Shown: in pieces, positions 12,401-19,401 of the stretch
How positions within the stretch are numbered: the stretch's first letter is position 1
Layout of the letters: each line of letters begins with the position of its first letter
Source: a virus
Lineage: Duplodnaviria > Caudoviricetes
Virus record (IMG/VR): IMGVR_UViG_3300042483_000388
DNA: 64,000 nt
Reading direction: 5' to 3' (one strand)
Position numbers and translations under genes: made by a program
Notes under the pieces: model-generated
The model's input: the letters and a program-made list of their open reading frames with translations, nothing else
The model's database searches: none
Told to the model about the DNA's origin: nothing

Positions 12401-13477
12401 TTTAAACAATTTAGTATTAGTCAAACACCTGGTAAACCCACATCAGAATCTTTAGAGATGTTAAATCAAATGTCAAATATGAGTAGAAATACAAGATCAT
12501 CAACACAAAGTGTTTCTCTATATAATTTATATAAAAATAGAAGTTATGAATGTTCCGTTGATATGATGGGGTGTGCGTTAATACAACCTATGATGTATTT
12601 TAACGTTAGAAATATACCAATGTTTAGTGGGCCATATATGATTAGAAGTGTGACTCATAATATTACGGAAAGTGGGTTTGAAACAACCTTTGATGGGTCA
12701 AGACAACCATTCTATAGTTTACCAAGAATTGATAATTTCTTACAAACATTGAACGTAAAGTTATTATCAACAATTGAGGCTAAAATTAAAGAGAAAGAAC
12801 AGAAAAATTTAAATAGTTCGGATAATATTTTGAACCAACAAGAAAATGTGTTAGCAAATATTAAATCTGACGAACAATTAACTAAAAACCAAGATTGTGC
12901 ATTGTCAGCAAACCCAAGATATTACCAATATACGGTAATTGATGTGCCAGCTCAAACATCTAAAACAAGTAGAGAATTATATAATGGTATTAATGCGTAT
13001 TTATCATCTATTGGTCTTGTTGACGACAAATTAGTTCTACAGTCATTAATCATGTTTACCTTTATTTATGTTGATTCTGGAAATTCCACAGGTATATCGG
13101 CATATGAAAATAATTATAGTACAATTGATTTAACCCAAACATATGGGGATGCGTTTACAAGTTATATTGATAAAAAATACTATTGTGTTTCTAGAGGAAC
13201 TAATAGAAATCTTCCTATTGCAAAGTTTACATCATTCGATACTTTTATTCAGTTTGTTTTTGAAAGAACAAAAGGATTGGTGGATACGTTTACGTCAACT
13301 GTTGGAAATAGTGGAACCGCTCAAAGTTCAATAGATACATTAGCTGAAATTTATGTAACTTACTACCCAATAAAACAAAATCAAGATGTTTGGTCTAAGA
13401 TGTCCGAACAAAATGTGGCTTTGGTTAAACAGGAATTTAAAGAGGCTTTTAATTTATTTGATTCGTTGAAAGGTTAA
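6467..13477 (+). CDS. Giant baseplate hub protein (gp27/gpD/VgrG-like) with accessory domains
   Basis: Hub-type C-terminal motif YECSVDMMG...IQPMMYFNVRNIPMFSGPYMIRSVTHNITESGFETTF; 2336 aa; position after the LysM-like gene. Confidence 0.65.
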   Translation: MADNGENILVEFDYDNITLIDPNKLVDDQGNVKDRLVKQEDLVYYVNLECNVLPRTKLAVGTAMNDSQRTISVGKINFLNPGFKTFMDNAWADELTGKNTLQGKGVNQPSLTSVKNPNKSDDYYITQNLSSNGTPGAVDNGLLGMKSVKVSVGLDFLPVVDVDLEDVKGRALFEGGNNSPYAAFFQLPYPQFTLTIKGYYGKAVKMPIMLQSFTSTFDPATHNFQVKLKFYGYKYTLLSYINFGALMAVPHMYNNKVSQTTRTAEQGNANDATTLATPTIVSRGYQKMKEIYSIYKSKGLIDDNFPEITLNQLKYRLSNFIKDILDKFAKENLGSLTEMTNYTNELLGFQQKVFIYTTSWYNKYMDTKNPIVLKSTGESVYNFKKELNPEKREAAIAELGGYLTNYNLKLSENKIFGIKGSYTVGTTVIPSEIPNSITIDTLTRKIASQSDVDFEKTYLSQQNTTQGTIDPIKFETFKTNLSTDILLAIQARLYYFDGPNSFMSITSDMAKQASTIRNNCEKLITENLAAKFNDPKNGLGFMPSIRNILAIFYCQGEAFLGLLDEVHKKAWDQRENPYRRAAIFGNITTAPSVDVKTSTQNNEPIYPWPQVIQETIGSDKQEKFEVIYPGAQNVASAYRAYNPEIWPEVEFVEQFIKGYTERLNSDDKGGESNVIDTQPSRISLNAIDFPVTNEVFQNKEESKYYYEIYERILVNSLYSRMNRMSGYDLSVYEAEGDDEATNVLKSLGTDNPFLSKKLKEYLVDGANFVPFLRHISNEGQGDSWQSFIRGEFVTPYLKNESQNPNLLYNSDLIQSLKSQPNLSLSNTKNLNNLEQYFANSSSSNKFDFTDTYPLSNLKWDKDNLAYGKYLNNVEESFDTKMVLSYNNIHKTLTNFLNSDTNNDKRPFTHFNFENTIVTPTTETLKDFYDTRKYEDQVVTEGNLEYVNYTNNWFTPNQTTSMLNTPYFINAIQQGVFNFRYKQGDKYPYKTAAYLFLNSLPLGTLREKYKTLKDGAVSDLDYILSTLKKFGAVHKLPYSWILKYGAIWHRYKVYKESGEDILDPVWKNFNYLENWDPVNSAATKSFNLLIDGTQRDIVLENTTGTQPFTDINTGFYPQLTDDFNVFLQGLKLFSGQTQVTGKCVITPISGDCTTFDVSGTCSMSGTVLTVNTIDYDFIKPNVLIQLPSLSATTSILSQISGVSGGTGTYIMPVSITATNINFVIKSYAKITNLTSSGITSGTIIVGPSTNGPLTLGVQVTGTTNDNGTYLITPTTAITSNFIVANSPLKVTAIDSNILSANTILNGASLNGNVTILSQLSGVNGGIGTYSISSGQTATTSNFVVANAFLQGIGSSQIQPLITSGKLKLINTTNSTIFETPGFDPNNGQRSMRVTPWSVVVRTTDGTGYYTLPSFGSNINQTKVEAFKNGTMKVELLNNNAMFNGSVRLFWNAPQYGWFDNDKVVKNNPETYMKEIFNTEKLQQNFLITGNQTKYTNIEELFTTFDIQTLDSFESEFLNFSRSIYDYVDTLPTTTGSQSLQLLNQMANPNATTELISDKGNKNFQYLMRELLKVKTPTGTSPETVLSSVITSQNDNFQQILSNFVNYNVVFKYGNPSMFDRRLFLTFSNKFLEDPIIYGPYENGTLPTQGGSLTLSNSKQQNPETWKALEYYVGNSTIPKLIYSNNGSYITDFFVDLNVQFNEKNVADFAPLIKIYASQKLVDNNLNLTKFYGLMNAYFDQSDAYIFNVINVMMPQVRKELPTVFIEGDGSTNRAGLEAGFTEQTRTELWETFKALNDTWISGYDFKNKTLFEDVMLVDRASRNVGDKILVDIFEIQNLIEGGTYKNNLLDIVTTILVQNNFQHFMLPSYVNFYNVQDALKNPTPKPDGSLDFANTLFGTFLNVDYRNSSPKFLCFYANKPSEHLDMKDNIDYRYRDDAFDLRRASDNPLIENQMDKKDWANSNKVVGFNIDITSQNQQIFKQFSISQTPGKPTSESLEMLNQMSNMSRNTRSSTQSVSLYNLYKNRSYECSVDMMGCALIQPMMYFNVRNIPMFSGPYMIRSVTHNITESGFETTFDGSRQPFYSLPRIDNFLQTLNVKLLSTIEAKIKEKEQKNLNSSDNILNQQENVLANIKSDEQLTKNQDCALSANPRYYQYTVIDVPAQTSKTSRELYNGINAYLSSIGLVDDKLVLQSLIMFTFIYVDSGNSTGISAYENNYSTIDLTQTYGDAFTSYIDKKYYCVSRGTNRNLPIAKFTSFDTFIQFVFERTKGLVDTFTSTVGNSGTAQSSIDTLAEIYVTYYPIKQNQDVWSKMSEQNVALVKQEFKEAFNLFDSLKG

Positions 13478-13486
13478 ACTTTCAAC
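13465..13486 (+). other. Perfect 8-bp hairpin over the hub stop codon (no U-tract)
   Basis: gttgaaag-gttaaa-ctttcaac. Confidence 0.4.
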
Positions 13487-13495
13487 ATAACGAGA

Positions 13496-13503
13496 TATTT
13501 ATA
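13496..13503 (+). promoter_or_regulatory. TATTTATA putative late promoter
   Basis: Motif ends 12 nt before the ATG at 13516. Confidence 0.6.
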
Positions 13504-13515
13504 ATAAAAAATAAT

Positions 13516-13740
13516 ATGAACACTAAATTAATATTAGACAACTATCTTGGTAAAAACACAAGAGTGTCTGAAAAAGACATGGGAAATGGAACAAAAGAAG
13601 TTTGTGACCTAGATACTGGCGATTGCTATACCCTAAGAATGAAAGATGGTCTTATTGAAAGGGTTGACAATACAAAGAGAGCATTTAAAAAAATACAAGT
13701 AGAGACCACACATGGTATAAAAACATTATTAAACGGATAA
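13516..13740 (+). CDS. Hypothetical protein (74 aa)
   Basis: ORF with an A-rich leader and upstream motif; closely coupled to the next gene. Confidence 0.7.
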   Translation: MNTKLILDNYLGKNTRVSEKDMGNGTKEVCDLDTGDCYTLRMKDGLIERVDNTKRAFKKIQVETTHGIKTLLNG

Positions 13741-13741
13741 G

Positions 13742-14410
13742 ATGGGAATTGATGACAAAATAATAAGAGAGATAACGAGATATAACTCTATTAACAAATA
13801 TATAATGGAACAAGACGCTCCACCACCTATTGATCCAGCGGCGGGAGCACCACCTGTAGATCCAGCGGCGGGAGCACCACCTGTAGATCCTGCGGCACCG
13901 GCCCCACCACCACCACCTGCAGATGGAGCGGCACCGGCCCCTATAGATATTAGTAACGATCCAGATGTTGAGGAAATTGGAGGTGAAGGTGAGGGAGAAT
14001 CCGAAGAAATTGATATTACCGACCTAATTGATAGTCAAAAAACGATGGCTGACAAACAAGAAGAATATTTTACTAATCTTTTTGACCAGATTAAATCTAT
14101 GGAACAAAAACTTGGTGAGATGGATAGTCTTGTTACTAAGATTGATGGTTTGGATGCTAAACTTGAAAAATATAGACCTAAAACAGCTCAAGAAAAACTA
14201 GAATTAAGGAGTTTGGATTCAGGTCCTTACAAACAAAGTTTATCCGACTTCTTTGTTGATAAAAAAGATGAAATGGAGGCATCGGGTAAAAACGAATATG
14301 TTTTAACTCAAGATGATGTTGAGAATTTTAGTCCTAGTGACATTGAAAAATCCTTTAATCAACCAATGGAGGATGAAGATGATGAACTATTAAACAGATA
14401 TAATTCATAA
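13742..14410 (+). CDS. Acidic Pro-rich/coiled-coil protein, possible head or scaffold-associated protein
   Basis: YIMEQ followed by PPVDPAAGA repeats, an acidic linker and a coiled coil. Confidence 0.5.
   Translation: MGIDDKIIREITRYNSINKYIMEQDAPPPIDPAAGAPPVDPAAGAPPVDPAAPAPPPPPADGAAPAPIDISNDPDVEEIGGEGEGESEEIDITDLIDSQKTMADKQEEYFTNLFDQIKSMEQKLGEMDSLVTKIDGLDAKLEKYRPKTAQEKLELRSLDSGPYKQSLSDFFVDKKDEMEASGKNEYVLTQDDVENFSPSDIEKSFNQPMEDEDDELLNRYNS
13832..13890 (+). repeat. 27-bp tandem repeat (2 full copies plus a partial) encoding DPAAGAPPV
   Basis: gatccagcggcgggagcaccacctgta x2, then gatcc. Confidence 0.9.
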
Positions 14411-14417
14411 CATATAA

Positions 14418-14444
14418 GGTCGAAATTTTCGACCTTTTTTTTTT
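14418..14444 (+). terminator. Rho-independent terminator
   Basis: aaggtcga-aattt-tcgacctt followed by a T-tract. Confidence 0.85.
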
Positions 14445-14463
14445 ATTTAAACGGCGACAAACA

Positions 14464-14495
14464 TTTGACTAAACACTTTCTTACACTTATATTTT
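14464..14495 (+). promoter_or_regulatory. Host-type promoter TTTG-N20-TATATTTT upstream of SSB
   Basis: Matches Bacteroidota -33/-7 spacing; also reads as TTGACT-17-TATATT. Confidence 0.65.
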
Positions 14496-14523
14496 ACAAA
14501 TAAACTTTTAATTAAATTACAAC

Positions 14524-15405
14524 ATGGCGACAAACAATGTTTTAGATGCAGTTTTGGCTCAGTATGAGAGCTCAAAACAAGGTGGTTCTTCTGGCACCTC
14601 AAAATTCACACAAGAAGAAAGAATGAAAAAATATTTCGCAGCCCTTTTAAAGGACAACGAGAAACAAGGTCAAAAGACAATTCGTATTTTACCTACAACT
14701 GATGGATCATCACCCTTCAAAGAAGTTTGGTTCCACGAAATAAGTGTTGATGGTAAATGGCAAAAATTTTATGATCCAGGAAAAAATGATAACGAACGTT
14801 CACCTTTAAACGAGGTTTATGAGGAACTTATGTCAACAGGTCGTGAATCAGACAAACAATTGGCAACACAATATAAAGCTCGTAAGTTTTATATCGTTAA
14901 AGTAATTGATCGTGATAACGAATCCGACGGAGTTAAATTTTGGAGATTTAAACACAATTACAAACAAGAAGGAATTCTTGACAAAATTATTCCAATTTGG
15001 AAAGCAAAAGGAGACGTTACCGATCCAGATAATGGGAGAGACTTAATACTTGAATTAACTAAAGCAAAAACTCCAAAAGGGGCAACTTACACAGTAATTC
15101 AAACGGTTATGTATGACGATCCGGCACCAACACACGGAAATAAAGAAACTATGGATTCTTGGGTAAATGATTCATTAACTTGGGAGGATGTTTATTCTAA
15201 AAAACCGGTTGAGTATTTAGAGGCGATCGCAAGAGGAGAAACACCACGATGGAGTTCTGAAAAGGGAGGATTTGTTTATTCAAATGACTCTGAGGAAGAA
15301 ACATCAATGGGTGGATCAAAATCTATGGCATCTACAACAAAAACAGTTAACAAAACTGTAGACCCACAAGTTAGTTCTGATGTGGATGAAGATCTACCAT
15401 TCTAA
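14524..15405 (+). CDS. ssb: Single-stranded DNA-binding protein, T4 gp32-like
   Basis: TIRILPT...PFKEVWFH, ARKFYIVKVIDRD...GVKFWRF and GRDLIL motifs; acidic tail ending DEDLPF. Confidence 0.85.
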   Translation: MATNNVLDAVLAQYESSKQGGSSGTSKFTQEERMKKYFAALLKDNEKQGQKTIRILPTTDGSSPFKEVWFHEISVDGKWQKFYDPGKNDNERSPLNEVYEELMSTGRESDKQLATQYKARKFYIVKVIDRDNESDGVKFWRFKHNYKQEGILDKIIPIWKAKGDVTDPDNGRDLILELTKAKTPKGATYTVIQTVMYDDPAPTHGNKETMDSWVNDSLTWEDVYSKKPVEYLEAIARGETPRWSSEKGGFVYSNDSEEETSMGGSKSMASTTKTVNKTVDPQVSSDVDEDLPF

Positions 15406-15423
15406 TTTTAATTAAAAAAAGAT

Positions 15424-15454
15424 AACGGGAGCAGTTTATTGTTCCCGTTTTTTT
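15424..15454 (+). terminator. Rho-independent terminator
   Basis: aacgggagca-gtttat-tgttcccgtt plus a T-tract. Confidence 0.85.
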
Positions 15455-15486
15455 ATGTATATTTTATAAAACAATTATTAATTATT

Positions 15487-16470
15487 ATGGCATTGAAAAA
15501 GAAAGAATTTAGTTTAGATACAATAAAAAGTAAGTTTTCCACCAAAACAAAATATAAACCTGAAAGTTTTTATAATCTTGGTGAAGCCTTTTTAACGTCA
15601 TCTGGATTGCCTGGACCTATAATGGGGGGTATAAATATGTTTTTAGGGCATTCAAATACTTCAAAAACAACGGCAATGATATTGGCGGCGGCGGACGCAC
15701 AAAAGAAAGGTCATTTACCTGTTCTTATTATTACTGAGAAAAAATGGTCTTGGGAACATGCGATTGAATTAGGTTTACAGGCGGAGAAAAACGAACTTGG
15801 TGAGTATGATGGTATGTTTATTTTTAATGATTCATTTGATGTGATTGAACAAGCAACTGAGTTTATTAATGAAATACTTGATTCTCAAGAAAAAGGTGAT
15901 ATACCTTATAACTTATTGTTTTTATGGGATAGTATTGGTAGTGTTCCTTGTCAGATGACTTTTGATGGAAAAGGTGGTGGTATGCACAATGCTAAGGTAC
16001 TTGCTGATAAGATAGGGATGGGAATTCATTCAAGGATCTCAAAATCTAAAAAAGAAGAATATCCATATTATAATACTCTTGTAATTTTAAATCAACCTTG
16101 GGTATTACTTCCTGATAACCCATTTGGACAACCAGAAATAAAGGCTAAGGGTGGTGAAGCAATATGGTTAGCATCATCATTAGTATTTTTATTTGGTAAT
16201 CAGAAAAAAGCGGGTATTAGTCACATTGATGCCACTAAGAACGGTAGAAAAGTGTCGTTTGCAATTAGAACAAAGATTTCTATATTAAAGAATCATGTTA
16301 ATGGTCTTGGATATAAAGATGGAAAGATCATTGCGGTACCACAAGGTTATATTGCGGACACAAAAGAATCTTTGGATAACTACAAGAAAGAATATTCAGA
16401 TTATTGGGAAACAAAATTAGGGTATTCAGATTATTCTTTGGCCGAATCTGATGATGACATTGACGAATAA
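15487..16470 (+). CDS. uvsX: RecA/UvsX-like recombinase (start refined to MALKKKEF)
   Basis: P-loop-like GHSNTSKTT, Walker B WDSIGS, LVILNQPW, GGEAIW. The ORF-track start at 15439 lies inside the terminator. Confidence 0.85.
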   Translation: MALKKKEFSLDTIKSKFSTKTKYKPESFYNLGEAFLTSSGLPGPIMGGINMFLGHSNTSKTTAMILAAADAQKKGHLPVLIITEKKWSWEHAIELGLQAEKNELGEYDGMFIFNDSFDVIEQATEFINEILDSQEKGDIPYNLLFLWDSIGSVPCQMTFDGKGGGMHNAKVLADKIGMGIHSRISKSKKEEYPYYNTLVILNQPWVLLPDNPFGQPEIKAKGGEAIWLASSLVFLFGNQKKAGISHIDATKNGRKVSFAIRTKISILKNHVNGLGYKDGKIIAVPQGYIADTKESLDNYKKEYSDYWETKLGYSDYSLAESDDDIDE

Positions 16471-16484
16471 TATAAAAAATACAA

Positions 16485-17504
16485 ATGATTAAAACTCTTG
16501 TTATTGATGGTAACAATCTACTTAAGATTGGAATTTGTGGGGTCAAAGATTTTTATAATAACGGAGAACATGTTGGTGGAATTTGGCATTTCTTAAACAC
16601 AACCAGAAGATTTTTGGATGAAGTAAATTACAATAAAGTTGTGGTTTGTTGGGATAGTGAAAGTAACTCAACACAACGAAGATTATTTTACCCCAATTAT
16701 AAACTTAACCGAAGACAAGCAAATACCGAAGAACAAGTAAATTCATTCTCATATCAAAAGACAAGAGTAAAACAATATCTTGAAGAGATGTTTATAAGAC
16801 ATATTGAAATTGATGATTGTGAGGCCGACGACATTATTGCACACTATTGTAAAATATCTAAAGACGAACACAAAACTATATTCTCAAGTGATAGAGACCT
16901 TACACAACTTATCTCTGAAGATGTGAGTATCTATTCGCCAAGTACTAAAAAACATTATAAGAATGGAGATATGATTAAAATGTTTGATGTTGAGATACCC
17001 CATTATAACGTTAAAACTTGGAAAATATTATCTGGTGATAAGTCAGACAACATTAATGGGATTTATTATTTGGGAGAAAAAACATTAGTTAAATTATTTC
17101 CTGAGTTACTTGACAAAGAGGTAAATATAACTGATATTTTAACAAAAGGGGAACTACTTTTAAAAGAAGATAAAGACAATCCCGCTTTAAAAAACCTATT
17201 AAGTGGTAGAACAAAAGATGGTATTTTTGGTGATGAGTATTACGAGATAAATAAAAAACTTGTGGACTTATCGGAACCACTAATAAGTGAAGAAGGGAAA
17301 GAATTAGTTGAATCTTATTATTCCGAGTCGATGGATCCCGACGGAAGAGGACATAAGAATTTAATTAGAATGATGATGGAAGATGGACTCTTCAAATACC
17401 TACCTAAGAGAGATGACGCATGGGTTGGTTTTTTGACACCTTTTCTAAAATTAACAAGAAAAGAAAAAACAAATTTTAAAAACAAAAGTAAAACAAAAAA
17501 ATGA
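16485..17504 (+). CDS. 5'-3' exonuclease / flap endonuclease (T4 RNase H, PolI N-terminus-like)
   Basis: LVIDGNNL, YKLNR, CEADDIIA, SSDRDLTQL and GDKSDNING motifs. Confidence 0.92.
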   Translation: MIKTLVIDGNNLLKIGICGVKDFYNNGEHVGGIWHFLNTTRRFLDEVNYNKVVVCWDSESNSTQRRLFYPNYKLNRRQANTEEQVNSFSYQKTRVKQYLEEMFIRHIEIDDCEADDIIAHYCKISKDEHKTIFSSDRDLTQLISEDVSIYSPSTKKHYKNGDMIKMFDVEIPHYNVKTWKILSGDKSDNINGIYYLGEKTLVKLFPELLDKEVNITDILTKGELLLKEDKDNPALKNLLSGRTKDGIFGDEYYEINKKLVDLSEPLISEEGKELVESYYSESMDPDGRGHKNLIRMMMEDGLFKYLPKRDDAWVGFLTPFLKLTRKEKTNFKNKSKTKK

Positions 17505-17950
17505 AAGAACAAGAAATAACAAAATTAGAGTTTTTGTTAATGTGTAATGATAATATCGTTGTCCAACGATTCTTTAATGTTAGGAATTTCAACCGAAATG
17601 CCCACAAATCTGAGGAGTTTTACGACTATATAAGGGTGTTTTGCGCAGAACTTCAACATAATCTAAAGATGAGAACCGTTAGTTATATGTTAGATAATCA
17701 ATATGAAATTACGGAAAATCCTGAAGTATTAAACACGTCAATTACGGATGGTGATGAGGTTTTTAATTTACTAATTAAATTGGGAGACCTGACAATTTGT
17801 CATAGAGCGTTTAACGCTAAAGCATACCCTCCAAAGGTGAGATATACCGTTGACCTACGACCCAAGTTGAAAAACATACTCTCAACACTTACTGACATTT
17901 TTTCAGGTAAAGATTTTAATTTTTTATATCCAGAATTTATTAAAAACTAA
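17501..17950 (+). CDS. Hypothetical protein (149 aa) between exonuclease and helicase
   Basis: Coupled ORF with typical codon style; no recognised motif. Confidence 0.7.
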   Translation: MKEQEITKLEFLLMCNDNIVVQRFFNVRNFNRNAHKSEEFYDYIRVFCAELQHNLKMRTVSYMLDNQYEITENPEVLNTSITDGDEVFNLLIKLGDLTICHRAFNAKAYPPKVRYTVDLRPKLKNILSTLTDIFSGKDFNFLYPEFIKN

Positions 17951-17985
17951 TAGTATTTATCTTTACAAACGAAAGGAAAAAAAAC

Positions 17986-19380
17986 ATGGCGACGGGCAAA
18001 AATTTTGAATATTTAGGTAACACATTTCAGTTACAACTACTAAATCAAATTATATTAGATAAGGATTTTTCACACTCAATAATCGATGTAATAGAGAACA
18101 ACTATTTTGAAAACAAATACTTCAAAATAATAATACAGATGGTTAGAGAGTATTATGTTAAGTTTGATCACACACCATCTTTTGAGACACTTGAACAGGT
18201 TACAAAATCAGAACTACAACAAGAAATTGCGTCAAAAATTGTTCTTGACACTATTAAGAAGATTAAAGACGCACCTATCGATGGTGTAGGTTTTGTCCAA
18301 GAAAAGGCGTTAAAGTTTTGTAAACAACAGGAACTTCAAAAGGTGATGGGTAAGGCTCAAAAGATTATTGACGGAGGTGAGTTTGAAAATTATGACACTC
18401 TTGAAGAATTGGTTAGAGAGGCATTACAAGTGGGAGCAAAAGACACATCAATGATGAATGTATTTTCAAATCTTGAACAAGTTCTTGATGATGATTATAG
18501 ACACCCAATTCCAATGGGAATACCAGGTATTGATAGACTATTGAAAGGTGGTTTAGCAAGAGGTGAAATTGGAGTTATTTTAGCACCAACAGGTGTGGGT
18601 AAGTCTACGATTTTAACTAAGATTGCCAACCACGCATTTAACTTAGGTAATAACGTTCTCCAAGTGTTTTTTGAGGATAATCCAAAAATAATACAGAGAA
18701 AACACTACACTTTGTGGACAAAAATCCACCCTGATGATTTGTCAGAGAGAAAAGAAGAGGTAATGACTAAAGTTAGAGAGATTGAAGATAGTATGCCAAA
18801 CAAACTAATTATGAAAAAATTGCCATCGGACACAGTAACGATGTTACAATTAAAAAATCAAATTAGAAAGATGGTTGCTGATGGGATTAAGATTGATATG
18901 GTTGTGTTGGATTACATTGATTGTGTTGTTCCGGATAAGAATTTGGGTGACGAATGGAAAAGTGAAGGATCGGTTATGAGGGGATTTGAGGCGATGTGTC
19001 ACGAACTTAATTTGGTAGGATGGACAGCAACTCAAGGTAATAGAGCGTCTATTTCATCAGAGGTCGTAACTACAGATCAAATGGGGGGATCCATCAAAAA
19101 AGCACAAGTTGGACACGTAATTATTTCAGTGGCCAAGACCCTACAACAAAAGGAGCTGAAGTTGGCGACAATAGCTATAACAAAATCAAGAATCGGTGAC
19201 GATGGGGTTGTGTTTGAAAATTGTAAGTTTGATAACGCAATGATAGATATTGACACTGAAAGTTCAATGACGTTCTTAGGTATTGAAGAACAAAAGGAAG
19301 AAAGACAAAGACAGAGAGTTAAGGAAGTCTTTGAAAAAAGGAGACAGAGGGAAACCGAAAAGACCTCAACTAATAATTAA
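17986..19380 (+). CDS. dnaB: Replicative DnaB-family helicase (T4 gp41-like)
   Basis: Walker A APTGVGKST, FFED, Walker B VLDYID, WTATQGNR, ITKSR. Confidence 0.92.
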   Translation: MATGKNFEYLGNTFQLQLLNQIILDKDFSHSIIDVIENNYFENKYFKIIIQMVREYYVKFDHTPSFETLEQVTKSELQQEIASKIVLDTIKKIKDAPIDGVGFVQEKALKFCKQQELQKVMGKAQKIIDGGEFENYDTLEELVREALQVGAKDTSMMNVFSNLEQVLDDDYRHPIPMGIPGIDRLLKGGLARGEIGVILAPTGVGKSTILTKIANHAFNLGNNVLQVFFEDNPKIIQRKHYTLWTKIHPDDLSERKEEVMTKVREIEDSMPNKLIMKKLPSDTVTMLQLKNQIRKMVADGIKIDMVVLDYIDCVVPDKNLGDEWKSEGSVMRGFEAMCHELNLVGWTATQGNRASISSEVVTTDQMGGSIKKAQVGHVIISVAKTLQQKELKLATIAITKSRIGDDGVVFENCKFDNAMIDIDTESSMTFLGIEEQKEERQRQRVKEVFEKRRQRETEKTSTNN

Positions 19381-19401
19381 ATTTTAAAAATTAAACAAAA
19401 A

